DNA of 64,000 nt, taken from the IMG/VR virus record IMGVR_UViG_3300028800_000001, positions 263,296-327,295 of that record. One strand, written 5' to 3'. A model generated the notes under the pieces. It searched no databases, was not told the origin of the DNA, and saw only the letters and a list, made by a program, of their open reading frames with translations. The stretch is from a virus. The translations under genes were made by a program, and so were the position numbers. Below, piece by piece: positions 9,801 through 16,626 of this stretch. Every line of letters starts with the position of its first letter. Positions within the stretch are counted from its first letter, which is position 1.

Positions 9801-9870
9801 GATAGAGTGTAAGGTCAGGTTTCTCCTGTTCTTCTATCTCTTTACGAAAGAGAGCATAATGATACTTCAT
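6811..9870 (-). CDS. 1019-aa polyvalent protein: N-terminal unique region, His/Pro/Ala/Lys-rich linker, two tandem KYNPxH-leader + GRFKSQFETN modules, C-terminal ~230-aa domain
   Basis: Repeated LYLPEEK(Y/Q)N, EAKYNPAHGHNGQFTTTENAHLLVHRDGT and EEKYNPAHDHVGKFTTTENAHLLVHADGT. One complete core module (WMRVRP, ERFKSQFETNTSAG, RPLYGYLS, TWTGDDSL, YPEAQFHGG, GISYRV). C-terminus has ELYRGVDDG...GVYGNGTY. Low-complexity linker KPAAAHGAPAAKPHAAPHGKPAHG. Confidence 0.7.
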   Translation of the reverse strand: MKYHYALFRKEIEEQEKPDLTLYLPEEKYNRNHSTTTGQFIGADDGAGGVHADVLTTMPAHIAKALSDKGAMTRGADGVYTANINGKTYRIVPTGSTRIAFSQTGASRIADLVGASDTVPVVHSGTVDKEPVVVSEDVKSTPLDDKTATEAMEKMPPDQVTKVGMLEYILGMKQDQSGHYTLNQKTGKINLTQLSSALVKKDIAIQSHSFLMKVIGKSFLRNSIDHGILGKFLTKETKALILSKEYAANDEAALGFAKRFEILHQLAGMKNPTWEDFFKITAHPESQTGGMPPKHPAVPTSVKPLKKPAAAHGAPAAKPHAAPHGKPAHGVIPVPRKKPGHRSHGKMHEPLDLSLYLPEEKQNDEEIDDDTPEHKDQITDAENQAINTIPDTLAPDLVPLVEKFLAGPVAASWTLAERQDFFNRLMGVQSLEDLSARDQELLTGEAKYNPAHGHNGQFTTTENAHLLVHRDGTTEKGPAHPDNQKKDILEQVRPPDAVLKKYDIQGAAFAEKHAQTHNMTAEEYNKAVDDKAVELLKNAEPWMRVRPTILSKILDDERFKSQFETNTSAGIMDHDSRSEAEHDLFGYPDDLAKEQRPLYGYLSDHPDGASLRQTRHGMFDSVDEYGGVAVRFKPEVKQKTTWTGDDSLGMGGYLLPGSMLHPDHTNFSVHGPDPLTYQNVSDVRGYPEAQFHGGLNTSTIAEIVFHNDYELTPPLEAQLKAKGISYRVSGTKSVEQFEEKYNPAHDHVGKFTTTENAHLLVHADGTREKGPKHPDNQEFQKTEAKYSNPEDIPYVKNYMDTGKGPIPGSSSATDADACLQEIYKAQGFDGPPHVVEDNVLAQHIKDGEAELYRGVDDGGDPSDGLGYAASYQSGHYFAGLGVYGNGTYTALTTEGVSDRYSASHVAATYGDDVLHMSVLKNTTAIEKGRLINEWIDYKNDLRTRGKALDDAGKYTESRRIDRLFDLANDPGRYAAMKGYDAIYVDRSHVDSINKRADFLVVLNRTATRVGKTILNGDTL

Positions 9871-10493
9871 TCGGACTCCTCAACTTCAGCCAGAACGCGC
9901 TCCAGCGCAATTAATTGTTCATTGGAAAGTTTTTCCAGATCAATTGTTAGCTTGTTATGGGTGACGCTTTCTGAGAGCCCTGGAATGTTCTCCATCGCAA
10001 TTTGTTCCGTTGCTGCACCACGTGCCACACGCTCCAGGGAGGAAGCTTCTTTAAAGAGCATGACAGCAGCAGTGGCTCCAAAACGTTTCTCTTTAATCAG
10101 ATCAGTGATTTGCTGTGCTGCTTTAATTGCCATACCAGAGCCGAGTGTGGCATGATTCTCATTCATCTTCTCAATTTCAGCATCACGCTTGCGCTTTTTC
10201 TCTTCTAATTGCTCTTTATCATAGCTACGCACCTGCTCTTGCCAGCCATAGGCACTGCTCCAAATGCCTATTTGCTTATGTGAAGAGCTAATTAATTTTT
10301 CTCTCTTCTCGTCCGTGACCTGTGGTGGAAAAACGCCACTGGCTAGCAGCCGTTCTTGTTCAGCACGCAGCCGCTCCTCCACCAATTGTTCAGCAAGCCT
10401 GCGCAAGCTTCTGGTGTAGCCTTGTTGTTTATAAAGTTCTAATGCATAGAGTGAACGGGTGGTTTCTTCACCCTTTGGCAGTTTACGCGCCAT
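9867..10493 (-). CDS. coiled-coil protein (208 aa), possibly scaffold-like
   Basis: E/K/R/L/Q-rich heptad-like sequence throughout. Start overlaps the stop of 6811..9870 by 4 nt. Confidence 0.45.
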   Translation of the reverse strand: MARKLPKGEETTRSLYALELYKQQGYTRSLRRLAEQLVEERLRAEQERLLASGVFPPQVTDEKREKLISSSHKQIGIWSSAYGWQEQVRSYDKEQLEEKKRKRDAEIEKMNENHATLGSGMAIKAAQQITDLIKEKRFGATAAVMLFKEASSLERVARGAATEQIAMENIPGLSESVTHNKLTIDLEKLSNEQLIALERVLAEVEESE

Positions 10494-10610
10494 ACTTGTC
10501 TCCCCAAGAGATAGTTTTCTTTTTCGTATTTGGTATTTCTCTTTGAGAAGATTTGGAGATTTGATGGGGGATTAATTTTTGAGGTTGTTTCTTTTTCTAA
10601 GTATTTTTTA

Positions 10611-10850
10611 TTACATGGTCTCAATAGAGAGTTCGTTGTCCTTTTTTTTAATTTCTTTTGCCCATAAGACACTGGTGAGCGTTTGCAACAAATAGAGGAG
10701 AATCTTTTCATCAGGAAGATGTGTTTCCTCTTTTGCACCAGCAATAACGTTGCGTAATTCTTCCTGTTTTTCTCCTGTATAGGTAAACACCGATGCAGCA
10801 AAAGAAATAGTTCCGTATACCGTTGGCCCGTAGCCAATTTCTAGCGTCAT
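10611..10850 (-). CDS. hypothetical protein (79 aa)
   Basis: ORF track only. Confidence 0.3.
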   Translation of the reverse strand: MTLEIGYGPTVYGTISFAASVFTYTGEKQEELRNVIAGAKEETHLPDEKILLYLLQTLTSVLWAKEIKKKDNELSIETM

Positions 10851-10865
10851 ATCATCTCCTTTTTT

Positions 10866-11837
10866 TTAATCAGTAAAGAAGGAAGCAGGTTTTCTTTTTT
10901 TGGCGTCCCTACTCTCCCATGGAATTGTTGCAATGACCGCATTCAATGCATTCATCGTCGGATCTTTTTTGCTTTTACTCAGTAGTGCAATTGCATGCAA
11001 ACGTAACTCCAATGCTTTGATCGTACGATCATTCGCTCCAGTGTAACGTGCCATCCGTACAATTTCGTCAGCATGCTCTACAAAAGATCTGAGTACTTTT
11101 TTATTAAATGGCTTCTCGTTTGGATCAGTAGAGCGGGTACCTGTCGCATCTTTAAAAGGGGGCGTGGTGTAATTCGTTGCAATCTTTGACTCAAAGTCAT
11201 TGGTAATTTCATCAGTGCGCAAAGCAAGTCCCATATCGATAAGTTTTAATCCCTTCTCGCCTTTTTGTGTTGAATCAACTAAATAGTTCCCTAAATGACG
11301 ATCACGATCATGAACGACATACTCATAGAGACGAAGTTTCGCATAATTCTCTATACTTAATTTGCTCACCGCAGCCACGCGCTGTTCTTTTGAGAGTGCA
11401 AGCATTGGTGTTCCCTCAACCCACGGCTGGACAGTAACATCTTGTCCATTACGTGCCATTTTTTGCACTGGAAGAGTAAAGTCGCTCACTCCAAGCACGT
11501 CAGCCGTCTTCGATGAAAAAACTGCACGTTCTTCCTGATTGGAAATGCCCATTGCGTCTGCTTCATCGCTGTTCTTTTTTACCAAATAGTTTTTTCCAGC
11601 AATGGTTGTCTTGTAGGTTGCATTCAAACTATCGCCACGCCCAAATTGCTGCAATGATGCTGTTTGAAGTTGCCCCTGGCTAGGAAAGCGTTTATCACTA
11701 TTTGGAGTCATATCTAGAGCCGAAGGCGATGACGCAAATCGACCATCTTCCTCATCGTGATAATAATTGTACTTGCGCTGATAGGCATATCTTCGTAACC
11801 GTACGGCTCGCGGCATCTTACATCTCTCCTGATACAA
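10866..11837 (-). CDS. protein kinase-like (HxDxxxxN...DMG) domain protein with a KYN-type N-terminal leader (323 aa)
   Basis: N-terminus LRRYAYQRKYNYYHDEEDGRF resembles the KYNPxHxxxGxF leader. Catalytic-loop-like VHDRDRHLGNYLV and DFG-like LIDMGLA. AT-rich promoter upstream. Confidence 0.55.
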   Translation of the reverse strand: MYQERCKMPRAVRLRRYAYQRKYNYYHDEEDGRFASSPSALDMTPNSDKRFPSQGQLQTASLQQFGRGDSLNATYKTTIAGKNYLVKKNSDEADAMGISNQEERAVFSSKTADVLGVSDFTLPVQKMARNGQDVTVQPWVEGTPMLALSKEQRVAAVSKLSIENYAKLRLYEYVVHDRDRHLGNYLVDSTQKGEKGLKLIDMGLALRTDEITNDFESKIATNYTTPPFKDATGTRSTDPNEKPFNKKVLRSFVEHADEIVRMARYTGANDRTIKALELRLHAIALLSKSKKDPTMNALNAVIATIPWESRDAKKRKPASFFTD

Positions 11838-11840
11838 AAG

Positions 11841-11898
11841 GATAATTAATTATTTATTTTGTGAGTGCGAGACATTTCTTTTTAAAATTAATTATTTA
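11841..11898 (-). promoter_or_regulatory. AT-rich bipartite promoter/leader for 10866..11837 (minus: TAGACA-N18-AATAAT-TAATTTT ... ATAAATAATTAATTATCC-RBS)
   Basis: Same TAATTAATTTT / AATAATTAATT paired elements as at 1.04, 17.46, 25.89 and 39.60 kb. The promoter overlaps the stop of 11896..12174. Confidence 0.4.
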
Positions 11899-12174
11899 CA
11901 TCGTTTCGATATCATGTCTATCTTCTTTTTTCTCAGCCAAACTATCGGCAACAGGGGTTGCATCCTTTAGCCATTCTTGTAGTACGTCTTGAGAGTCGGT
12001 GTAAGGTTCCCACTCTTGTCTGCTTTGCAGTGTCGCAAGGGCATTGACTGGATACAGTTTTTTCTCATCACTGTAGTAGATTTGCCCCAGGTGTTGTGTA
12101 CGTCCATAGAGCATTCCTGTGCCCAGGTCAAGCAGGTAATACCCATCTTCGTCACGTCCAAGTATTTTTTTCAT
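11896..12174 (-). CDS. small partner-family protein (92 aa) upstream of kinase-like gene
   Basis: MKKILGRDEDGYYLLDLGTGMLYGRTQHLGQIYYSDEKKLYPVNALATLQSRQEWEPYTDSQDVLQEWLKDA is a paralogue of 13008..13220, 2172..2444 and 1..220. Confidence 0.5.
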   Translation of the reverse strand: MKKILGRDEDGYYLLDLGTGMLYGRTQHLGQIYYSDEKKLYPVNALATLQSRQEWEPYTDSQDVLQEWLKDATPVADSLAEKKEDRHDIETM

Positions 12175-12187
12175 TTTCTTTTCTCCT

Positions 12188-13006
12188 TTAAAGCTTTACC
12201 GTAAATGGAATGCCTGCGCTGTTCAGTGCCTTTTTTATAGGGGCTGTTGGTGCTTTCCCATGAAAGGTAACACTTTTGATATCGCTTGTTGAGACTCCAC
12301 CATGCACCTGTGCTTCCATATATTCATTTGCCAGATCACGTGGTCGCAAGGGATCAATACCGTTATAGAGTGGATAAATGCGACTATCAGGATGCGTCAC
12401 TGGTTGTGGAATGACGCTTTCGTAGTGTCCACCAGAGGTCATTGCCAGTGAATCACCATAGGTCATAGTAGCACGATCTCGTGTTTCTGGCTTTAGTTCA
12501 ACAGCTACGTTCCCATATTGAGAAACATCTGCATCAGTATTGTCTCCATGAGTATCTTTTGAGAGATATCCATAAATGGGACGGTTCTCCACCCCTGCTT
12601 TTGCTTCATCAAATCCAAAGGCACCAGATTCTAGTTTATCTCTTGAATCTTTGGCAACGCTTCCGCCACTCTTGTTTGTCTCGAATTGACTTTTGAAGCG
12701 ACCGCCATCCAATATTTTTTGGAGTGCTGACGGTTTTACTCGTACAAAGAGTCCAGTATCTTTGACTGCATCTTGCGCTTGCTTATCAAGCGTTGCTTTG
12801 TAGGCATCAGGTGAGAGACCATGACGCTCCCCAAAGATTTCGTAACGCAGATGGGTGTTGTCAGCAAACTCAGAGGCCCAGTGCTCTGTAGGATGTACTC
12901 CCAGGCTTTCTAGTGTCTTGCCGGAACCACCCTCAGAAATAAATTCACCATTTGCATCGCTATGCGCATGATTGTATTTCCTTTGGACTGCGTAGCGAAA
13001 CCGCAT
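12188..13006 (-). CDS. KYN-leader module-family protein (start adjusted to MRFRYAVQRKYNHAHSD), function unknown
   Basis: The ORF-track start at 13168 overlaps the upstream gene. The internal Met at 13006 abuts the stop of 13008..13220. Core motifs FVRVKP, GRFKSQFETNKSGG, RPIYGYLS, YGNVAVELK, MTYGDSL, YMEAQVHGG, GIPFTV. Confidence 0.55.
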   Translation of the reverse strand: MRFRYAVQRKYNHAHSDANGEFISEGGSGKTLESLGVHPTEHWASEFADNTHLRYEIFGERHGLSPDAYKATLDKQAQDAVKDTGLFVRVKPSALQKILDGGRFKSQFETNKSGGSVAKDSRDKLESGAFGFDEAKAGVENRPIYGYLSKDTHGDNTDADVSQYGNVAVELKPETRDRATMTYGDSLAMTSGGHYESVIPQPVTHPDSRIYPLYNGIDPLRPRDLANEYMEAQVHGGVSTSDIKSVTFHGKAPTAPIKKALNSAGIPFTVKL

Positions 13007-13007
13007 A

Positions 13008-13220
13008 TTACTCTCCAACCTTCTTTGCCGTCTTGAGCCACTCATTGACTTTTTCTTGTACACCATCATAGGGCTCCCAGGCAGTTCCACGCGTGAGCAT
13101 CGTGGCAATGGATTGTGGTGGATACAAGAGATGTTTCTCTTGATCATAAATCTGGCCCATTTTTTCATCTTCAGTCAGGATGAAGCGTACTCCATCATCA
13201 GAGACAGCAAATATTTTCAT
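13008..13220 (-). CDS. small partner-family protein (70 aa)
   Basis: MKIFAVSDDGVRFILTEDEKMGQIYDQEKHLLYPPQSIATMLTRGTAWEPYDGVQEKVNEWLKTAKK. Confidence 0.5.
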   Translation of the reverse strand: MKIFAVSDDGVRFILTEDEKMGQIYDQEKHLLYPPQSIATMLTRGTAWEPYDGVQEKVNEWLKTAKKVGE

Positions 13221-13222
13221 GG

Positions 13223-14170
13223 CTATGATGCTCCTGCTACGCTATACGGAATATTTTCTCGTTGTAATAATTTAGTCAGCGCCGCGCTTGGTGCTTTACT
13301 ATGAAAGACAACGTGTGCAATGTGACTTTTTGAGACACCGCCATGCATTTGTGTTTCGGTGTACACATCTTTGATGAGTGAGGTATTTCCTTCTGGACTG
13401 TTATAATTGCTTGCTGCGGTCCCTGTTGGCTTGAGTACTGGATTAGGGAGCATTCGTGGTGCATCCTCACTTCCTCCTTCGTCAAGCGAATCGCCAAGTG
13501 TAAACGTACTTTTTGCCCTCACTTCAGGTTTGAAGCGGATTGCCACATCACCGTAAGCTGAGGCAAAGTTTTGTTCGCCATTTGCACCATCACTTAAATA
13601 CCCGTAAATTGGTCGATCTTCTGACTTGGTCTTTTGATCATAGCCAAACATCTGCTCTTCTTGTTCAGCTCGACTCTCAAGATAGTTGGTCAGTTTGATC
13701 TTATTGGCTCCAATAGCCGCGCCGGTCTTATTGGTTTCGAAGGCACTCTTAAAACGACCATCAGTAAGAATGCCTTGCAGTCCTTTGCTTGATGTTCGTG
13801 TCCATAACTCTCCAGGCGTTACCAGGGCAACAATGTGTGCATCTTCGCGTGCTTTGAGTGCATCAGCCGTGATAGGTTTTCCTAAATCCGTCCATGAGTC
13901 AGCAAAGTTCTTGAGTCGCTGATTGTACGTAGCTTCAAAATTCTTTGTCCAGGCGGCACTCGGATGCACATTTTTCAGCACCGGATCAAGTTGATTGTCA
14001 GGATGCTTTGGCCCCAGCGTTCGCGTTCCATCACGTGCGACAGAGATATGAGCTTCGCCAGCCGTTGAGAACTGTCCCAAATGATTGTGATGTGGGTTAT
14101 ATTTTTGTGCCCAGGCATGTGCCAACATCCGCATCCGTTTCATACGATCATAGAGAAAAATGTCTTCCAT
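13223..14170 (-). CDS. KYNPxH-leader module-family protein (315 aa)
   Basis: QKYNPHHNHLGQFSTAGEAHISVARDGTRTLGPKHPDNQ, then GRFKSAFETNKTGA, RPIYGYLS, YGDVAIRFK, FTLGDSL, YTETQMHGG, HVVF, NIPYSV. Confidence 0.65.
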   Translation of the reverse strand: MEDIFLYDRMKRMRMLAHAWAQKYNPHHNHLGQFSTAGEAHISVARDGTRTLGPKHPDNQLDPVLKNVHPSAAWTKNFEATYNQRLKNFADSWTDLGKPITADALKAREDAHIVALVTPGELWTRTSSKGLQGILTDGRFKSAFETNKTGAAIGANKIKLTNYLESRAEQEEQMFGYDQKTKSEDRPIYGYLSDGANGEQNFASAYGDVAIRFKPEVRAKSTFTLGDSLDEGGSEDAPRMLPNPVLKPTGTAASNYNSPEGNTSLIKDVYTETQMHGGVSKSHIAHVVFHSKAPSAALTKLLQRENIPYSVAGAS

Positions 14171-14182
14171 CAGAGCTCCTTG

Positions 14183-14458
14183 CTATTTACTCGCATTTTT
14201 TCTTTTTGTTCGCATGTACGCTAATCGTTTTTCAAATTCTTCAGCAATAAGTTTATTGGTTTGATAAGTCAGATGCGGATGCCATCCTCCAGCTTCAGGA
14301 AGGCCATTGACAATACGTAAGATATCTTCAATCATTTTCATACGTTCGTGGCGAATAGCCTGATCAATGCTACGCAGTGTGACAAAGATACCAAACAGCA
14401 AGATCAGGAGGAAACAGCCAAGACTGATCAGGCCATGAGCCACGATCCATTGGCTCAC
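14183..14458 (-). CDS. small membrane protein (91 aa)
   Basis: N-terminal TM IVAHGLISLGCFLLILLFGIFV. Confidence 0.35.
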   Translation of the reverse strand: MSQWIVAHGLISLGCFLLILLFGIFVTLRSIDQAIRHERMKMIEDILRIVNGLPEAGGWHPHLTYQTNKLIAEEFEKRLAYMRTKRKNASK

Positions 14459-14566
14459 GTAAAGCGCTCCTTTCGAAAGAAAAGCACAAAGTAGTGTTTG
14501 GAGGATTTTGTATTGGTGAAGAATTTGGAAGGATGTGTCTAGTATACCGCAGCGCGTGACAAAAGG

Positions 14567-15010
14567 CTATACTTTGTTGAGGGCTGTTGTGACTGCAATA
14601 GAAACGCCAGCCGCCGCGCCAATAATAAGAAACGTTTGACCATAGGCTTTGAGGATTCCAAGGCTACTCACACGTGCTTGCGCAATGAGCACTCCAAGTG
14701 CACAGGTGATGAGCGCACATAAGAGCAACGCAAGTGGTTTGGGCGCAAAAGCAAAAGGTAACGAAGGGAGCAGTATGCCAATACAAGAAGCAACACCGAT
14801 CACCAGGGCATACTTGACGGTGTTCACATTCGTCACATCAGAGAGATATGCCCCGCCTGTCATCGAAATACCAGAGGCCAGGGCCAATCCAACGGCTGAG
14901 AGTACTAATGCATGTGTATCACCGATGATGTATCCGGCTGCAATCACGCCAAGAATGCAGGTCATCCCATCAAAACTACCAAAGATGGCCTTACTGACGA
15001 TTTCCTTCAT
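14567..15010 (-). CDS. VIT1/CCC1-family-like membrane protein (147 aa), host-like cargo
   Basis: GSFDGMTCILGVIAAG motif, like the VIT family G..DG..S.L..VAG, plus multiple TM helices. Confidence 0.45.
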   Translation of the reverse strand: MKEIVSKAIFGSFDGMTCILGVIAAGYIIGDTHALVLSAVGLALASGISMTGGAYLSDVTNVNTVKYALVIGVASCIGILLPSLPFAFAPKPLALLLCALITCALGVLIAQARVSSLGILKAYGQTFLIIGAAAGVSIAVTTALNKV

Positions 15011-15386
15011 AATGCTGCTCCTTTAAGAGTTCTAGGATTTGGAGTTGTTGATGATTGATCTTCAGTAAAAGTGCATTTGTCTCATACATCTTTTCAACCT
15101 CTGCGGCTTCAATGGTGTCACGGGCACGATCTTTTCCAGCCTGTCTATTTTGACTCATGAGAATGAGCGGCGAGCTAAACGCTGCTTCTGCTGACATAAA
15201 GAGATTGCACAGAGTAAAGGGGTAACTGTCCCAATGATAGAACCAACCAACACTGTTGAGTAAAAACCAGAGAAAGAGCAACGCTGCCTGAATCAAGATA
15301 AAGTTCCAATTACCTAACGCTTTGACCGCACCATCAGCCAGCCGATCACCCGCGTCATGCGGAAGATGTATATTCATACGCTTCAC
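14991..15386 (-). CDS. DUF1003-like membrane protein (131 aa), host-like cargo
   Basis: YPFTLCNLFMSAEAAFSSPLILMSQNRQ resembles the DUF1003 signature YPFxLLNL...MSQNRQ. Confidence 0.45.
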   Translation of the reverse strand: MKRMNIHLPHDAGDRLADGAVKALGNWNFILIQAALLFLWFLLNSVGWFYHWDSYPFTLCNLFMSAEAAFSSPLILMSQNRQAGKDRARDTIEAAEVEKMYETNALLLKINHQQLQILELLKEQHYEGNRQ

Positions 15387-15760
15387 GCATCTGCTCCAAA
15401 TTCTGAGAGTGCTAACTTTGCTTCGTGTTCCTCCACCATGCGTTCAAGTTCTGCGGTCTCAATGCCATGTTCACGTAACATCTCAACCGCATACGTGACC
15501 AGAAAGAAGGCACTATCTAACAGCTTTTTGAGTTGCTCAAGATCATTGTCCATCAAGCGTTCCTCTCTTGACATGAATCCGAACTTTTGTGCATGTTCTG
15601 TTCCATCTTCTCCACGCAACCAGGAAAGAAGAAGTCCAGAAAAATCCTTGACTTCTCCCAGCCCGTAGGGTGGATCAGTGACACACAAATCGATAGAGTT
15701 TGTCTGAAGGTGACGTAAGACTTCTAAGCAATCGCCATGAATGACCGTATCAAGCATCAT
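15383..15760 (-). pseudogene. truncated N6A/N4C DNA methyltransferase: catalytic DPPY N-terminal fragment only, 125 aa, no SAM-binding FxGxG region
   Basis: IHGDCLEVLRHL...SIDLCVTDPPYGL is the classic beta-class amino-MTase N-terminus. The ORF ends after 125 aa and is followed by host-like membrane genes. Confidence 0.5.
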
Positions 15761-16626
15761 TTTGTCCTTCTGGTCTTTTTGGTGGGATCAAACCTTTCTC
15801 CGGTTAACTGGCGTTGCATGCGTTCTTCTTCGCGTTCTAAGCGAAAGCGCTGAATACGTTCTATCTCATCACGTGGTGGCAAACATTTCCACATCTGCTG
15901 CATACTGTAGTACACAATAGAATAGCGAAACGAATCCTGTTCCAACTGTGTAATGGGCGTCACACCATGCAAAATGTTTTGGCCGTCAAACATGAGCAGC
16001 GAATTATTACGCAGTTCAAAGCCCAGGCCGTATTCAGGCACCGCAAGATAGCCACCAAGCACGTTGCGTTTAAGCACAATCATGTTTGACCACACATCAC
16101 GAAAGTTGCCTGCATCAAAGTGATAAGGGAGAGGATTATTTTTGTTCACGATGCCAGAGGTGAAGACGGATTCGTCAATCTTCCAATTTTCTAGCACTTT
16201 TTCGGTCATCTCCATGTGTTGTTGATAGAGCAGCGGCGCAAATTCTTGGTAGTAGTGCGCAACTTTGGCCGCATAACTCACAATGATGTCATGCTCATCA
16301 GGATGTTCTACATAACAACTCGTGGCAGTGCAGTAATCACGACGCAGCGTGTTGCGTGGCAAAAAGCCAACGGTGCGTGATTGAGCCATCATGCCACCTG
16401 TGCGTATCTCCAGCTTGTAGTCAATCGTTTGCAGTGCTTTGATCAGCGCGCTGTTATCTTCTTGTAAGAGGAGATAGACAATCTTTGGCTCAGCATTCCC
16501 TGGCTCATAGATCACTGTTGGTTCGCTGATCAGCGTGTCATAGTCTTCGTCTTGCGCATGACGCAATTTGTACTGCGAAAGATCAAGTTGCTTTTTTGTT
16601 GCAATCCTAGTGTAAAGATCTGCCAT
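15757..16626 (-). CDS. 2OG-Fe(II) dioxygenase superfamily protein, copy 1 (HxD...H...RxS; TET/JBP- or AlkB-like nucleic-acid oxygenase candidate)
   Basis: NKNNPLPYHFDAGNF (HxD), about 50 aa later LHGVTPI (second His), then 14 aa later RYSIVYYS (Arg-x-Ser). Paralogue of 18293..19141. Start adjusted to MADLYTRIA to avoid overlap. Confidence 0.55.
   Translation of the reverse strand: MADLYTRIATKKQLDLSQYKLRHAQDEDYDTLISEPTVIYEPGNAEPKIVYLLLQEDNSALIKALQTIDYKLEIRTGGMMAQSRTVGFLPRNTLRRDYCTATSCYVEHPDEHDIIVSYAAKVAHYYQEFAPLLYQQHMEMTEKVLENWKIDESVFTSGIVNKNNPLPYHFDAGNFRDVWSNMIVLKRNVLGGYLAVPEYGLGFELRNNSLLMFDGQNILHGVTPITQLEQDSFRYSIVYYSMQQMWKCLPPRDEIERIQRFRLEREEERMQRQLTGERFDPTKKTRRTK

Noticed and set aside
6811-9870. 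L-x-E prohead-protease cleavage signals defining capsid-internal proteins
   Set aside because: The LYLPE|E context occurs only in the 1019-aa protein and as LQE in one other member. The remaining leader-bearing proteins lack it, so it is mentioned only as a weak idea.
241-14170. Calling the multi-copy module an ADP-ribosyltransferase (R ... S-x-S ... E-x-E-like spacing)
   Set aside because: The conserved residues (RVR, FKSQFET, ExQxH) do not reproduce the ART R/STS/ExE order or chemistry. The acidic dyad is E-x-Q-x-H, not ExE. Left as an unknown domain.
15383-15760. Functional full-length DNA methyltransferase
   Set aside because: Only 125 aa with the DPPY block. The SAM-binding FxGxG region and target-recognition domain are missing.
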